From Candidatus Foliamicus sp. (lineage in GTDB: Bacteria; Pseudomonadota; Gammaproteobacteria; Steroidobacterales; Foliamicaceae), in NCBI GenBank assembly GCA_965238055.1, contig OZ250178.1, positions 2,841,184 through 2,905,183 on the forward strand: a DNA stretch of 64,000 nucleotides, written 5' to 3'. Each line of letters opens with the position of its first letter. The stretch's first letter is position 1. Shown one piece after another: positions 54,733-63,580 of the stretch. The notes under the pieces were generated by a model, which saw only the letters and a list, made by a program, of their open reading frames with translations, had not been told where the DNA came from and did not search any database. A program made the translations under genes and the position numbers.

Positions 54733-55182
54733 ATGCGCTATTTCGACACCAGTTTCCTCGTACCCCTCGTCCTCCCCGAGACCACCAGCGAGCCGATCGC
54801 CGCTTTTTTCGAGGGCCTGCCGGGTGAAGAGCTGGCGGTCAGCCATTGGACCCGGGTCGAATTCGCTTCGCTTCTGGCCCGCGAAGTCCGTATGGACAGG
54901 CTGCCCGCCTCGGCGGCGCGCGAGGCGGGCTCAAGGTTCGAAATGATGGTCCGCGAGTCGTTCGTCGTGCTGTTGCCGAATCGCAGCGACTTTGATCGGG
55001 CAAGGGACTGGCTCGGCCAATTCGAGACCGGTTTGAGAGCCGGCGATGCGCTGCACCTCGCTATTGCGGGCAACCGCGGGGCGGATGCCATCTACACGCT
55101 GGACAAGCTTATGATCGTGGCGGGCGAGAGGCTGGACTTGCCGACCAGCGCAGGCATCCGCCTCCCAGGCTACGGCGATTGA
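54733..55182 (+). CDS. vapC: PIN-domain ribonuclease toxin VapC
   Basis: MRYFDTSFLVPL (Asp5), ...AGDALHLAIA..., ...IYTLDKLM. The acidic residues sit in the usual PIN positions. Confidence 0.88.
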   Translation: MRYFDTSFLVPLVLPETTSEPIAAFFEGLPGEELAVSHWTRVEFASLLAREVRMDRLPASAAREAGSRFEMMVRESFVVLLPNRSDFDRARDWLGQFETGLRAGDALHLAIAGNRGADAIYTLDKLMIVAGERLDLPTSAGIRLPGYGD

Positions 55183-55489
55183 TGGCTTCCAGGATCCTCC
55201 GCGTATGCTGGGGCTCAAGCAACTCTCGATAACATCTCCGCTCGCAATGGATCGACGGCCAATTGCGGTGATTGCCATTGCTTCTTGGGTGTTGTCCGCG
55301 CAGTAGAGAGGCGATTGATGGCACCGGCCAACGCGGTCACGGAGCTGACAATCGATGTGGTGGACTTTCCGTGTAACGATGAGTCGCGGTTGACCGTTAC
55401 CTCGTAGTTCGAGCCGTTTCTGATAGGGAGTACCGTCACTCACCGTTCCGCAAGGCTTGAGCGGCTTGGTGTGCAACATCACATGGATG

Positions 55490-58222
55490 CTATTGTCGGC
55501 GAGCGGCGGTTGCGAGACGGCGATAAGCTTCGGATTGAACCAGCGTTGGCGCGATCCTTCGGATTTGCTCGAGTGCGTCACCCAAGTAATAGGGGATCGT
55601 CGCATTGTCGGCGCGGGAGATAGTCAAATCAAGAAGGCGAAGCAACGCTCTGGCTTTTGGTTCCTCATTGATCATGGCAAGAGTTGGTCTCTCGCCAGCA
55701 TTATGGAAGTCATAAGAGCGTAGGGACCAACAATCAAACGGCGTAAGGAATCGTTCAATAGTAATTGCCGCCTCAGCGAATTCCTGTCCTGCTGCGACTG
55801 GCAGTTCCGCCAATTTTTCACTAACACTGGAGGAGGCCAGGGAGCGTTCCTGTGGCCATATGGTTTCAAGGAAAGGTCTGGCGACTGATTGAAACAGATC
55901 CTCCTTCGATACGGGGCCCGGAGGCTGATGCTCTGCGTTTACGAAACGAACTATGGCTCCCGCGCAGTACGCCCGTACCTCGTCTTCCAGCAATCGGATC
56001 ATTTGCTGAATTCGCTCTCGCGTCACTTTCGAATTACGCCTTCCCCGTAGCGCATGAAGAGAATCGATCACAACGCTGAACGCAAGCGAGCGGCGGGTTT
56101 TACGACCAAGCCTAGGGTCCGTCGCTCGATAGGCCATATCGTTGCCAATCACTTCTAATACATGAGCAACTCGCGTCCGCCGACCTACGGCGCGCCAAAG
56201 CGCCAGCGCCTCAGAGTCGTCTGCGCGTAGCGGCTCAATAAGATGCTCTTGGGTCCATTCTTCGTCGGACCGCAAAAAGTAATCTAACGCTTCAATCATC
56301 CGATGCTTGGCAATCAATTCTGAGCGCCCGTTAGCATCAATAATTTTTTCGCGCAAAACCGCAAAGTCGTCGGCTCCGTCAAATGGACGAGGCTCCTTGT
56401 TTAGGTTAGGGCAAGCGGCCAAGAAGACGCCGACGAGCTTACCCACAGGCGTGTTCAGCGTATCAAGATCCATAGGATCATCGGAATTGGTTTGCGCAAC
56501 GACATTTAGGTCAGGCTCTTCGTCCGGAGACTGCATGGCATTTGTTGCTTCAACTGCCCTGGGCCAAACGCGGTGCCACACCACCGGCCAATTTCGAGCC
56601 GAGAAAAGTTGTTGCTTCCACGAGTCGAGCCAATTGGAAATTCCTTGGATGGCTTTCGTTATTACGTCATCGGGCAACTCTAGTATGAGAGCAAGCACCC
56701 GACGTGCCTCCGAAGATAAATCGCGCGCTTCATTTTCCTGCGATTTATCTGACGGAGGTGAATGCACCCAACCGAAGCGTTCCCATACCACAGGGTATTG
56801 CGCTCCGCAATCCGCGGTTGATTCGATATCACTCAAAACACTAATGGAATTGCCTTTCTCTGCCAGCCAAGCGTCAGCAGAAAACCCGAAGTTGGATGCC
56901 GCGCGTCGGCTTGCTACGTTCCCGGTGCCAAACGCGCCTTCAAGCACCTGTAGACGGGCGTCGCCTTGCAGATTATCCAGCGAGCGGTCGGGGTGCTCCG
57001 CGACCAACTCCCCGCGTGGGGAATCCAAGTCCAGAAATCCTTCGTCGATTCGATCCATTTCCACCAAGTCAGGAAACTGGCCAATCTTCGAGTCGAGCCA
57101 TTCCTTGGCGCGTTGCGAAAGAGCGGCGCCGGCAATTTCGATCCGCTTTAGTTCCCGAACGACCCAATAGAGGCGGGCCTGTTCAATTTGGTCTGCTCCT
57201 AAATGCCCGCGCCATAAATTTCGGGGCGGCCTCCTGCGTATTCTCCTGATGACCGCCTTTTGCGTCGTGTCGTCAAATTCTGCGAACCGGCGGGCACGCA
57301 GCTCGGCAATCTCCGGATGATGATTGACATCCCAGAACACCCCAAAATCCAATTGAAGAAAAAATTCGCCGACCTCGCCGGCCGGAGTAATCCGAGAATC
57401 ACGCGACATAGCGGCCCACAGTCGCAGGTGCATTGGAGAGTCCGTATGCTTCCAGCGGCGTACAAAGCCCAGTGCTGAAGGTCCATCAATATCAAATAGC
57501 CGCGAAACAACGGCATACAGAAGCTTGACCGATGGCGCAAAGCCTGGGCCACCACCATCGAGCACCCTGTCTTCTTCGCCGCTTTCTGGCTCTGTAACGT
57601 AATGCACGCGACGCAAGTAAAGATGCACCCGCATCCATCCGATGCGCCGCGCAATTCCCAGACCGCGCAAAACCGCAGCGTCTAGCGCATTAGCCAGAGA
57701 AAGTAGAAATTCACCCTCATCCAATTGCGCCAAAGCACTGGCCAGTTGTCGAGAGGTCGAATGGATTTCATCTCCGCTCGTTATCGTGGCGAGCAGGAGA
57801 TCCCGGAATGTTCTTGGAGACTCGCGCAAACCGTAGAATTGCGCATGCCAACTTTGATATTTATCAACCTTCAGTCTCGGCGCAACAAGATCAACAATGG
57901 CCGAAACAAGCGCCCCCGATCGTTCTCCGGAGCGTATCCGATCTTGAACCATTACCGGCTGTATTCCGTAGCGGTCCACCGCTGGCTCATTCCAACTTTC
58001 CTGAATAAGCCTCCATGTGGAACGCCAGGGTTCACGCAGGTTCGTTCCTTCGGGCCGGCTGAGCAGTTCCAGAATTGCATGGCGCTTGATCAGGTCGCCC
58101 GGTAGAAGATGCAATGCCCATTCGACGGTTTCTTTTTTCTCCAGCCGGCCTTCCAGAAACGTGACCGCGGCGCGCATCATCGCTTCATCCCTGTCGTTCA
58201 ACACTGAGCGCAGAAAACTCAC
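55490..58222 (-). CDS. large (~910 aa) uncharacterised protein, translationally coupled to the upstream SIR2-like gene
   Basis: A long uninterrupted ORF in a more AT-rich region. The GTG at 58222 shares 1 nt with the SIR2 TAG stop, and GGAGG lies 7 nt upstream. No Walker A, HExxH, nuclease or other motif found by eye. Leu/Arg/Glu/Ala/Trp-rich, probably helical. Confidence 0.8.
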   Translation of the reverse strand: MSFLRSVLNDRDEAMMRAAVTFLEGRLEKKETVEWALHLLPGDLIKRHAILELLSRPEGTNLREPWRSTWRLIQESWNEPAVDRYGIQPVMVQDRIRSGERSGALVSAIVDLVAPRLKVDKYQSWHAQFYGLRESPRTFRDLLLATITSGDEIHSTSRQLASALAQLDEGEFLLSLANALDAAVLRGLGIARRIGWMRVHLYLRRVHYVTEPESGEEDRVLDGGGPGFAPSVKLLYAVVSRLFDIDGPSALGFVRRWKHTDSPMHLRLWAAMSRDSRITPAGEVGEFFLQLDFGVFWDVNHHPEIAELRARRFAEFDDTTQKAVIRRIRRRPPRNLWRGHLGADQIEQARLYWVVRELKRIEIAGAALSQRAKEWLDSKIGQFPDLVEMDRIDEGFLDLDSPRGELVAEHPDRSLDNLQGDARLQVLEGAFGTGNVASRRAASNFGFSADAWLAEKGNSISVLSDIESTADCGAQYPVVWERFGWVHSPPSDKSQENEARDLSSEARRVLALILELPDDVITKAIQGISNWLDSWKQQLFSARNWPVVWHRVWPRAVEATNAMQSPDEEPDLNVVAQTNSDDPMDLDTLNTPVGKLVGVFLAACPNLNKEPRPFDGADDFAVLREKIIDANGRSELIAKHRMIEALDYFLRSDEEWTQEHLIEPLRADDSEALALWRAVGRRTRVAHVLEVIGNDMAYRATDPRLGRKTRRSLAFSVVIDSLHALRGRRNSKVTRERIQQMIRLLEDEVRAYCAGAIVRFVNAEHQPPGPVSKEDLFQSVARPFLETIWPQERSLASSSVSEKLAELPVAAGQEFAEAAITIERFLTPFDCWSLRSYDFHNAGERPTLAMINEEPKARALLRLLDLTISRADNATIPYYLGDALEQIRRIAPTLVQSEAYRRLATAARRQ

Positions 58223-59496
58223 TACCAACCCTCCCGCTGATCCTCCAACGGCACGCTCACAATGGCATTCAGCCATCCCAGTTCCGCCTTTTGCCTGGAA
58301 ATCACCTTGGACAGGCGAACACGCTCGCTCGGGTCGCTGCGTCGAATTAGATGGTCGAAAAAATCACGCTGCTCATCGCTTGCTTCCGATCTTCTTGTGC
58401 TCACGATTCTCTTTAGTTCACGTTCGACCTGGCTTCTGCTTGCGCCAATTGAAAGAACTCCGGCCCATCGCTCCAATGTGTGCTCAAGCTGCGAATGATC
58501 GCCATTCTGAATTCTGTAAGGAATTGGCGTGATTCCTTGAGCCCTCCAGTCCTCCAACTCCACCGAATCATCATTTGTCATCCCATGGAATATGAAACGC
58601 TCCTTTAGATCCGGAAAATGGGCCCTGTCTGCAGCGACGGCGTTCAGAAGGTATCTCATTGGCGGATCGTTGGCGCTGTACCCCACCAGCACCAGGTTAT
58701 ACAAACGCGCGGCATCGTAAATCAGGTCGGGCACGACCCGCCTGCGCAAATAGAATTCACCAAAGTCCTGATCGGAAATGATCAGGTCCGTCGTTCTCTT
58801 GGGATTCCGGTCCAGCGCGCCGTGAATGTGCAGGACACCGCTGAATTCCGGCCTTAGCGATGGCCTGGGAATGCTTCCCAGAGCATACGTCTGAATAGGC
58901 TGCCTCATGTTTCTCGCAGCATTTTCCAGGAGCAAATCGAAATTCGTCGTGATGATGGTCGACGCTGCGCCACGGTCCGAAAGACGCATCAATGCCCGAT
59001 GAATCGGTGCTGGCTTTGGTTTACCGGAACGCAGCACGTCCTTGTTCTCATCTGTGCCATCGGAGCAGGGGCCACCAGACTTTGGTTTACCGGAACGCAG
59101 CACATCCCCAATCGCTTGTCGGATCGGACTGTCAGCGCTTGATTTTCCTTCCAGCCTTCGCTCAAGCATTCCCAATACAACATCGTACTCCTGCCTCCGA
59201 AAACGCCTGACCTCCGCCTGTTGCGCCGCTAGCAGGCCAGTTAGCTCAAGTTCTTCGGGATTGCAACCTGATTCCTCGTTCGTGGCAATCTCGGAAAACA
59301 CGGCTTTGTCTAATTCTTCATACACCCTTAGGACAAGACATCGAAAGTCGGGCAATCCCGCAGACCTCGAAACGCCGGCGCCAGCTACAAATAGAACCCT
59401 GCCTTGCGCATGTGCAAGAAGCAGCCGCTCAGGAATCGGGATCAATGATGGTCCCAGCAAAATGTTCCTGCCGCCAGTGGTGGGGGGTTGCGTCAT
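58222..59496 (-). CDS. SIR2-like (SIR2_2 family) putative NAD+-consuming protein
   Basis: VLFVAGAGVSRSAGLPDF, TTNFDLLLE, LHIHGAL and LVLVGYSANDP occur in the canonical order. Contains an in-frame internal duplication (DVLRSGKPK x2). Confidence 0.85.
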   Translation of the reverse strand: MTQPPTTGGRNILLGPSLIPIPERLLLAHAQGRVLFVAGAGVSRSAGLPDFRCLVLRVYEELDKAVFSEIATNEESGCNPEELELTGLLAAQQAEVRRFRRQEYDVVLGMLERRLEGKSSADSPIRQAIGDVLRSGKPKSGGPCSDGTDENKDVLRSGKPKPAPIHRALMRLSDRGAASTIITTNFDLLLENAARNMRQPIQTYALGSIPRPSLRPEFSGVLHIHGALDRNPKRTTDLIISDQDFGEFYLRRRVVPDLIYDAARLYNLVLVGYSANDPPMRYLLNAVAADRAHFPDLKERFIFHGMTNDDSVELEDWRAQGITPIPYRIQNGDHSQLEHTLERWAGVLSIGASRSQVERELKRIVSTRRSEASDEQRDFFDHLIRRSDPSERVRLSKVISRQKAELGWLNAIVSVPLEDQREGW

Positions 59497-59567
59497 TCTC
59501 GAGCGTGCCCCATCCGTAGAGCCATTGAGTTAAATGGCGCCGCCAGCATCAACGCCTCGTCTGGCCT

Positions 59568-60380
59568 CTAAAGCGCCTGATTCGCGTCGACGCTGAAACC
59601 GGCGGCCTTCAACTCTCGCAATAGCTGCATTTTCCACCCGTCCTCATTGTCTAGAGGAACATAGAGGATGCCATCGCAGTCCGAGGGTCTTTCAACATTT
59701 CCTTTCGACAATGCACAGACTCTCTCCCGGCCTAATTTCCCGATGAAGTACCCAAACTCGAAAACGACATTCTGCCGTGCGCGAGGCTTGAGGTTGCGCC
59801 GCTGTTCCCTGAGCGCACCCATGTCGTCCGGCGTTAGCAGGACGACGGCAAACGTGACGTCTCCGTAGTCCTCGAACTTCTCGATAATTGTGCGCCCTTC
59901 ATTCGGCTGTTCGTGCAAGATAACCGGTTTGAGTTTCAGTTTTTCGAGGAATCGCGCAACCGTTTCCCGAGCCGATTTGTCGTGGCCATGGATCACAAAG
60001 ACCTTGTTCGTATTCTTCTGAACCTTGACTTGAGAATCGGAGGTTTTTGACGATTCCTCGTCGTCTTCCCAGTATTCCTTGATCTCCTCTATCATGGATT
60101 CGAGTACAGACGCAGCTCTATCCAAGCCCCGCCGATATGCCGCTTCGAACTCTGAATCCGGTGTGCCCATCGCAAGTGCCATCAGCGAATAGCGGATGCT
60201 ATTGAAGTCCACAACGTGGCTTGACTTGCGGCCGAACGTATTGGCAATAGCCACTCGTGCGTTCCTGCGCCATTTGTTGAACTCCGGTGATTGGCGTCGC
60301 AGCCTCTTCAATTCAGGCACTTCGTCCAGTACTCTCCTCAGGCGTTGAATAGACTTCGCTTTATTCGGACGGGCCATCAA
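59568..60380 (-). CDS. TIR-like nucleotide-binding domain protein (COG4271 / Cap12-PycTIR-type) with ~130-aa N-terminal domain of unknown function
   Basis: The C-terminal half VFVIHGHDKSARETVARFLEKLKLKPVILHEQ...FAVVLLTPDDMG...RARQNVVFEFGYFIGKLGRERVCAL...ERPSDCDGILY matches the conserved pattern of this TIR-like family as I remember it. Confidence 0.85.
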   Translation of the reverse strand: MMARPNKAKSIQRLRRVLDEVPELKRLRRQSPEFNKWRRNARVAIANTFGRKSSHVVDFNSIRYSLMALAMGTPDSEFEAAYRRGLDRAASVLESMIEEIKEYWEDDEESSKTSDSQVKVQKNTNKVFVIHGHDKSARETVARFLEKLKLKPVILHEQPNEGRTIIEKFEDYGDVTFAVVLLTPDDMGALREQRRNLKPRARQNVVFEFGYFIGKLGRERVCALSKGNVERPSDCDGILYVPLDNEDGWKMQLLRELKAAGFSVDANQAL

Positions 60381-60709
60381 CTCAGTTCCTTGATATTTAA
60401 GTCCTGGATTCCTCGGTCATCCACGATCTTCAGAATGGTCTTATCAATTGCCACGGGTGTTTTCTACTCATATCGTCCCGTGGGTTTGATTCTGGCGCCA
60501 ATGATAGTCGGTCGACTCGCTACCGCGGAATTTCCGTGTTGTTGGACAGTTTCTCCACACTGGCCTGCCTCCAGAAATTGTTGATCACACACAACAAATT
60601 GTCTTGTTGCTCGTGTGCTCGTTCTGAATCGATCCCGCCCGCATCGTCGGATCCTCCTCCCCAAAGTCGAGAAGTTGCAGGGAATGCTCAAGCCCCGAAA
60701 GCAATACGA

Positions 60710-63511
60710 TCATCGCTTTCGGCGTCGTTTGCCCTTTATGTCAGCCGCAAGCGGCGTTCGCATCTTTTCATAGAGTGCGAACAAATGTTCGACGCGCTGG
60801 CGCTCCGACGCGAAACCGGAGCGGCGATAGAGTTGATCAACCGCACGGTCGAGCGCTTGATGCGCCTTACGCAGGTTCGGCGGCATCAGGTCGGGATCGT
60901 AGAGATTGGCGAGGGTGGACGTGAGCCATTCGGCGCGGGCGTCGAGGACGGCCTGCGCGAGAGTCTCTATCTTTGACAAGTCAAGGTCTCGGTTGGTGAA
61001 GTCGGGTGGAGTCGGGAACGTGTTGTAAACGAGGCCGATGGAGTATCGAAAATCGCTCTTTAGCCGTCCACCGACATGGCACAGCCACGTCATGTGCATG
61101 GAAGATGTCAGCAGCGCGAAATCTGCCAGCGTAGCGTTTTCAAGTACGCGCACAAGATTGCTTGGTATCACGGGTGGCTCAAGCCAGCCGATAGGTACGT
61201 ATTCCCGCCGTTCGGAACTGACTTCGGGAATCACCAGGAACGACTCCGTCGGAAGCACGTTCACGTGATAGAGCGTCGGCGTTTCGGCCAGCTTGATCGT
61301 GGGTTTGCTCTTGCTGGCTTGCCTGTAGGCGCGAACGGCTGCGATCCGTTCACGCACAAGCGGCAATTCGGCAAGTGTGTGCGGGGGCGCGTCGTGCAGC
61401 GCGAGAATCCAGCGGTCTCCGCCTTGCAGGTACTCGCGTGCACCCACAAATGGGCGCAGAAGAGGGGCTGCGCCGGGTTCTTTCTCAAGAAAAATCTCTC
61501 TTTCTTCGGCGTTGAATATGTAATGGCCGCCGTCAATAGGCTTGGAACCGATAATCAGTTTCGGCATGCCGTTGATCGGCTGGCTTTCCCCGCGCACGGT
61601 CAGATGCGAGTCGCCCAATCGGCTTGCGTCGAATAGATAGGGCGATAGAACTGTGTGGCGGGTTTCCTCCGGCTCGCCCTGGATGTCGGGATAGCTGAAC
61701 AGGCGTTTCTCGGCATGCACACGGTCGCGTCGGTTGAGGCCCAGAATCGCTACATGAACATGCGCCTTGCCGCGCGCATCCGACCCCCACGCGAAGGTGC
61801 GGTGAGCGAAGGCGATTTCCAGCTTGCAGCGATCGAACAAGATCGGCCAGAGCTGCGCCACCTGCTCGCCCTGGGTAATCGAGTTGGTGGCGACAAAGCC
61901 GATACGGGCGTGGCCTGACTGCACGTACTCGCCTGCCTTGATGAACCAAGCAGTGACGTAGTCGAGCGTGCCCCCGCTCCCGCCCAAGGCAGCGATTCGG
62001 CGCACCTGCGCTCGTTGCTCCGCCGTCTGAAACTTTGCGCCAACGAACGGGGGATTGCCGAACACGAACGAGCACTCTTCGGGCAGAAGGACTTCTCGCC
62101 AATCCATTTCCAGCGCGTCACCGTGCACGATGTGCGGCGAGGTTTCCAACGGAATGCGCGCGTAGGTCTGGCCGAACTCCAGGCTCAGCCGGTTGTTCAT
62201 GATGTGATCCATCATCCACATGGCGGTCTCCGCAATGCGCGCGGGAAATTCGCTGATTTCCATGCCGTTGTACTGATCCACGTCGATCAGCGAAAGCGTG
62301 GCGGCGTCAAGCTCCTCTTGACCAAGCCTGGCGGCCGTGGTGCGGAGTTCGCGGATCACCTCGAGCTCCAAAAGCCGCAGTTCGCGGTAGGCGATGATGA
62401 GAAAGTTGCCGCAGCCGCAGGCGGGGTCGAAGAAGCGCATGCGGCCCAGCTTTTCCTGAAAACGCCGAAGGTCTGCCCTGCGGCGGCTGTCCTTGCGGGA
62501 CTTTAGACGCTCGAATTCCGCCCGCAGATCGTCCATGAACAGCGGTTCGATCACCTTGAGGATGTTCTTTTCGGTGGTGTAGTGCGCCCCCTGGGCGCGG
62601 CGTTGCTCCGGCTTCATGACGGACTGGAACAGCGCCCCGAATATGGCGGGCGAAATGTTCGACCAGTCGAAGCGGCACACCTCCAGCAGTGCTTCGCGCA
62701 TGGAAGCGTTGAAGGATGGAGTGCGCAGGTGCTCGCGAAACAGGTCGCCGTTGACGTACGGGAAACGCGCCAGGTCCTCGTCAAGGAGCGGACTGCGCTC
62801 CTCTTCGGGCGAATTCAGGACCTCGAACAGTTGTCGCAGCCACGGTCCCAGGTCAGCGCCGTCTTCGCTGGTGCGAGTTTCGATGAACTCCAGGAAGATG
62901 TCACGGGGCTCAAAGATGCCGGTGTCGTCGGCGAACAGGCAGAACACGATGCGCACCAGGAAGCGTTCGAGGTCGTGGCCCCGATAGTTGGCGGCATGCA
63001 GCGCGTCGTGCAGTCGTCCAACCAGTTCCGCAGCCTTGATGTTGGCGGGATCCTGATCGCGGAAGGTGCGCTTCTGCACGCCGAGGATGAAGCCGAAATG
63101 CTCTACGTGGGCGGGAAGGTCCTTGAGGCTGAATCGGACCTCTGTGCGCTCGTCCAGATCGTGCAACTCGAAGGTCTGGAAATCGCTGACCAGGATGTAG
63201 CGGGGACGGTCTCGCTCCTTGAGTGCGTCGAAGTATTCTCCGGCCTGACCGTAGGCTTTGCTGAGATCACGCCCGGCGCTCTTCTGTTCGATGATCAGGA
63301 CGCCGGGCCAGAACAGGTCGATGAAGCCGGAACTGTTGTCGAGCTTTGCTACATGCTCCTCATAGCGTGCCACCGAGCGACGCTCCACGCCGAATGCCCG
63401 GAAGAAGGCATTGTAGAAGCTGTGGGTTTCGCTTGTCTCGCGAACCGCGTTGCTCCATTCGTCGGCGAATGTGGCCGCGCGGACCCGGACCTCGTTCCAT
63501 GAAAGGCGCAT
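60710..63511 (-). CDS. MmeI-family type IIL restriction-modification enzyme (fused endonuclease, N6-adenine methyltransferase and target-recognition domain)
   Basis: 933 aa. N-terminal PD-(D/E)xK-like FIDLFWPGVLIIEQKSAGRDL, methyltransferase motif I FFDPACGCGNFLI and motif IV FGNPPFVG, plus a long C-terminal TRD. No separate M or S gene is nearby. Confidence 0.88.
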   Translation of the reverse strand: MRLSWNEVRVRAATFADEWSNAVRETSETHSFYNAFFRAFGVERRSVARYEEHVAKLDNSSGFIDLFWPGVLIIEQKSAGRDLSKAYGQAGEYFDALKERDRPRYILVSDFQTFELHDLDERTEVRFSLKDLPAHVEHFGFILGVQKRTFRDQDPANIKAAELVGRLHDALHAANYRGHDLERFLVRIVFCLFADDTGIFEPRDIFLEFIETRTSEDGADLGPWLRQLFEVLNSPEEERSPLLDEDLARFPYVNGDLFREHLRTPSFNASMREALLEVCRFDWSNISPAIFGALFQSVMKPEQRRAQGAHYTTEKNILKVIEPLFMDDLRAEFERLKSRKDSRRRADLRRFQEKLGRMRFFDPACGCGNFLIIAYRELRLLELEVIRELRTTAARLGQEELDAATLSLIDVDQYNGMEISEFPARIAETAMWMMDHIMNNRLSLEFGQTYARIPLETSPHIVHGDALEMDWREVLLPEECSFVFGNPPFVGAKFQTAEQRAQVRRIAALGGSGGTLDYVTAWFIKAGEYVQSGHARIGFVATNSITQGEQVAQLWPILFDRCKLEIAFAHRTFAWGSDARGKAHVHVAILGLNRRDRVHAEKRLFSYPDIQGEPEETRHTVLSPYLFDASRLGDSHLTVRGESQPINGMPKLIIGSKPIDGGHYIFNAEEREIFLEKEPGAAPLLRPFVGAREYLQGGDRWILALHDAPPHTLAELPLVRERIAAVRAYRQASKSKPTIKLAETPTLYHVNVLPTESFLVIPEVSSERREYVPIGWLEPPVIPSNLVRVLENATLADFALLTSSMHMTWLCHVGGRLKSDFRYSIGLVYNTFPTPPDFTNRDLDLSKIETLAQAVLDARAEWLTSTLANLYDPDLMPPNLRKAHQALDRAVDQLYRRSGFASERQRVEHLFALYEKMRTPLAADIKGKRRRKR

Positions 63512-63580
63512 CAGTTCGTGTCGCTAGCCTTATTCAGTGTGCGGGACAGCTCATATGGCGTCGGGCTCACAGCCATCGAG

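Noticed and set aside
54931-55605. 224-aa minus-strand ORF overlapping vapC and the spacer
   Set aside because: Antisense to a well-supported PIN toxin gene, with no motif. The short ORF 55215..55439 in the spacer also has no support.
55490-60380. Calling the TIR-like + SIR2 genes a canonical Thoeris system
   Set aside because: The SIR2 protein shows no SLOG-like C-terminal domain by eye. The TIR-like protein is of the COG4271/Cap12 type with an extra N-domain, and a coupled 910-aa gene has no Thoeris counterpart. Kept only as an alternative hypothesis.
60381-60709. Small ORFs (60464..60691 minus, 60291..60584 and 60536..60976 plus) in the spacer between the R-M and TIR-like genes
   Set aside because: Short, no RBS or motif, and overlapping each other. 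The region more likely holds the promoter of the TIR-like/SIR2 cluster.
61076-63502. Several + strand ORFs (186, 163 and 306 aa) inside the MmeI-like gene
   Set aside because: Antisense shadows of a 933-aa ORF that carries ordered nuclease and methyltransferase motifs.
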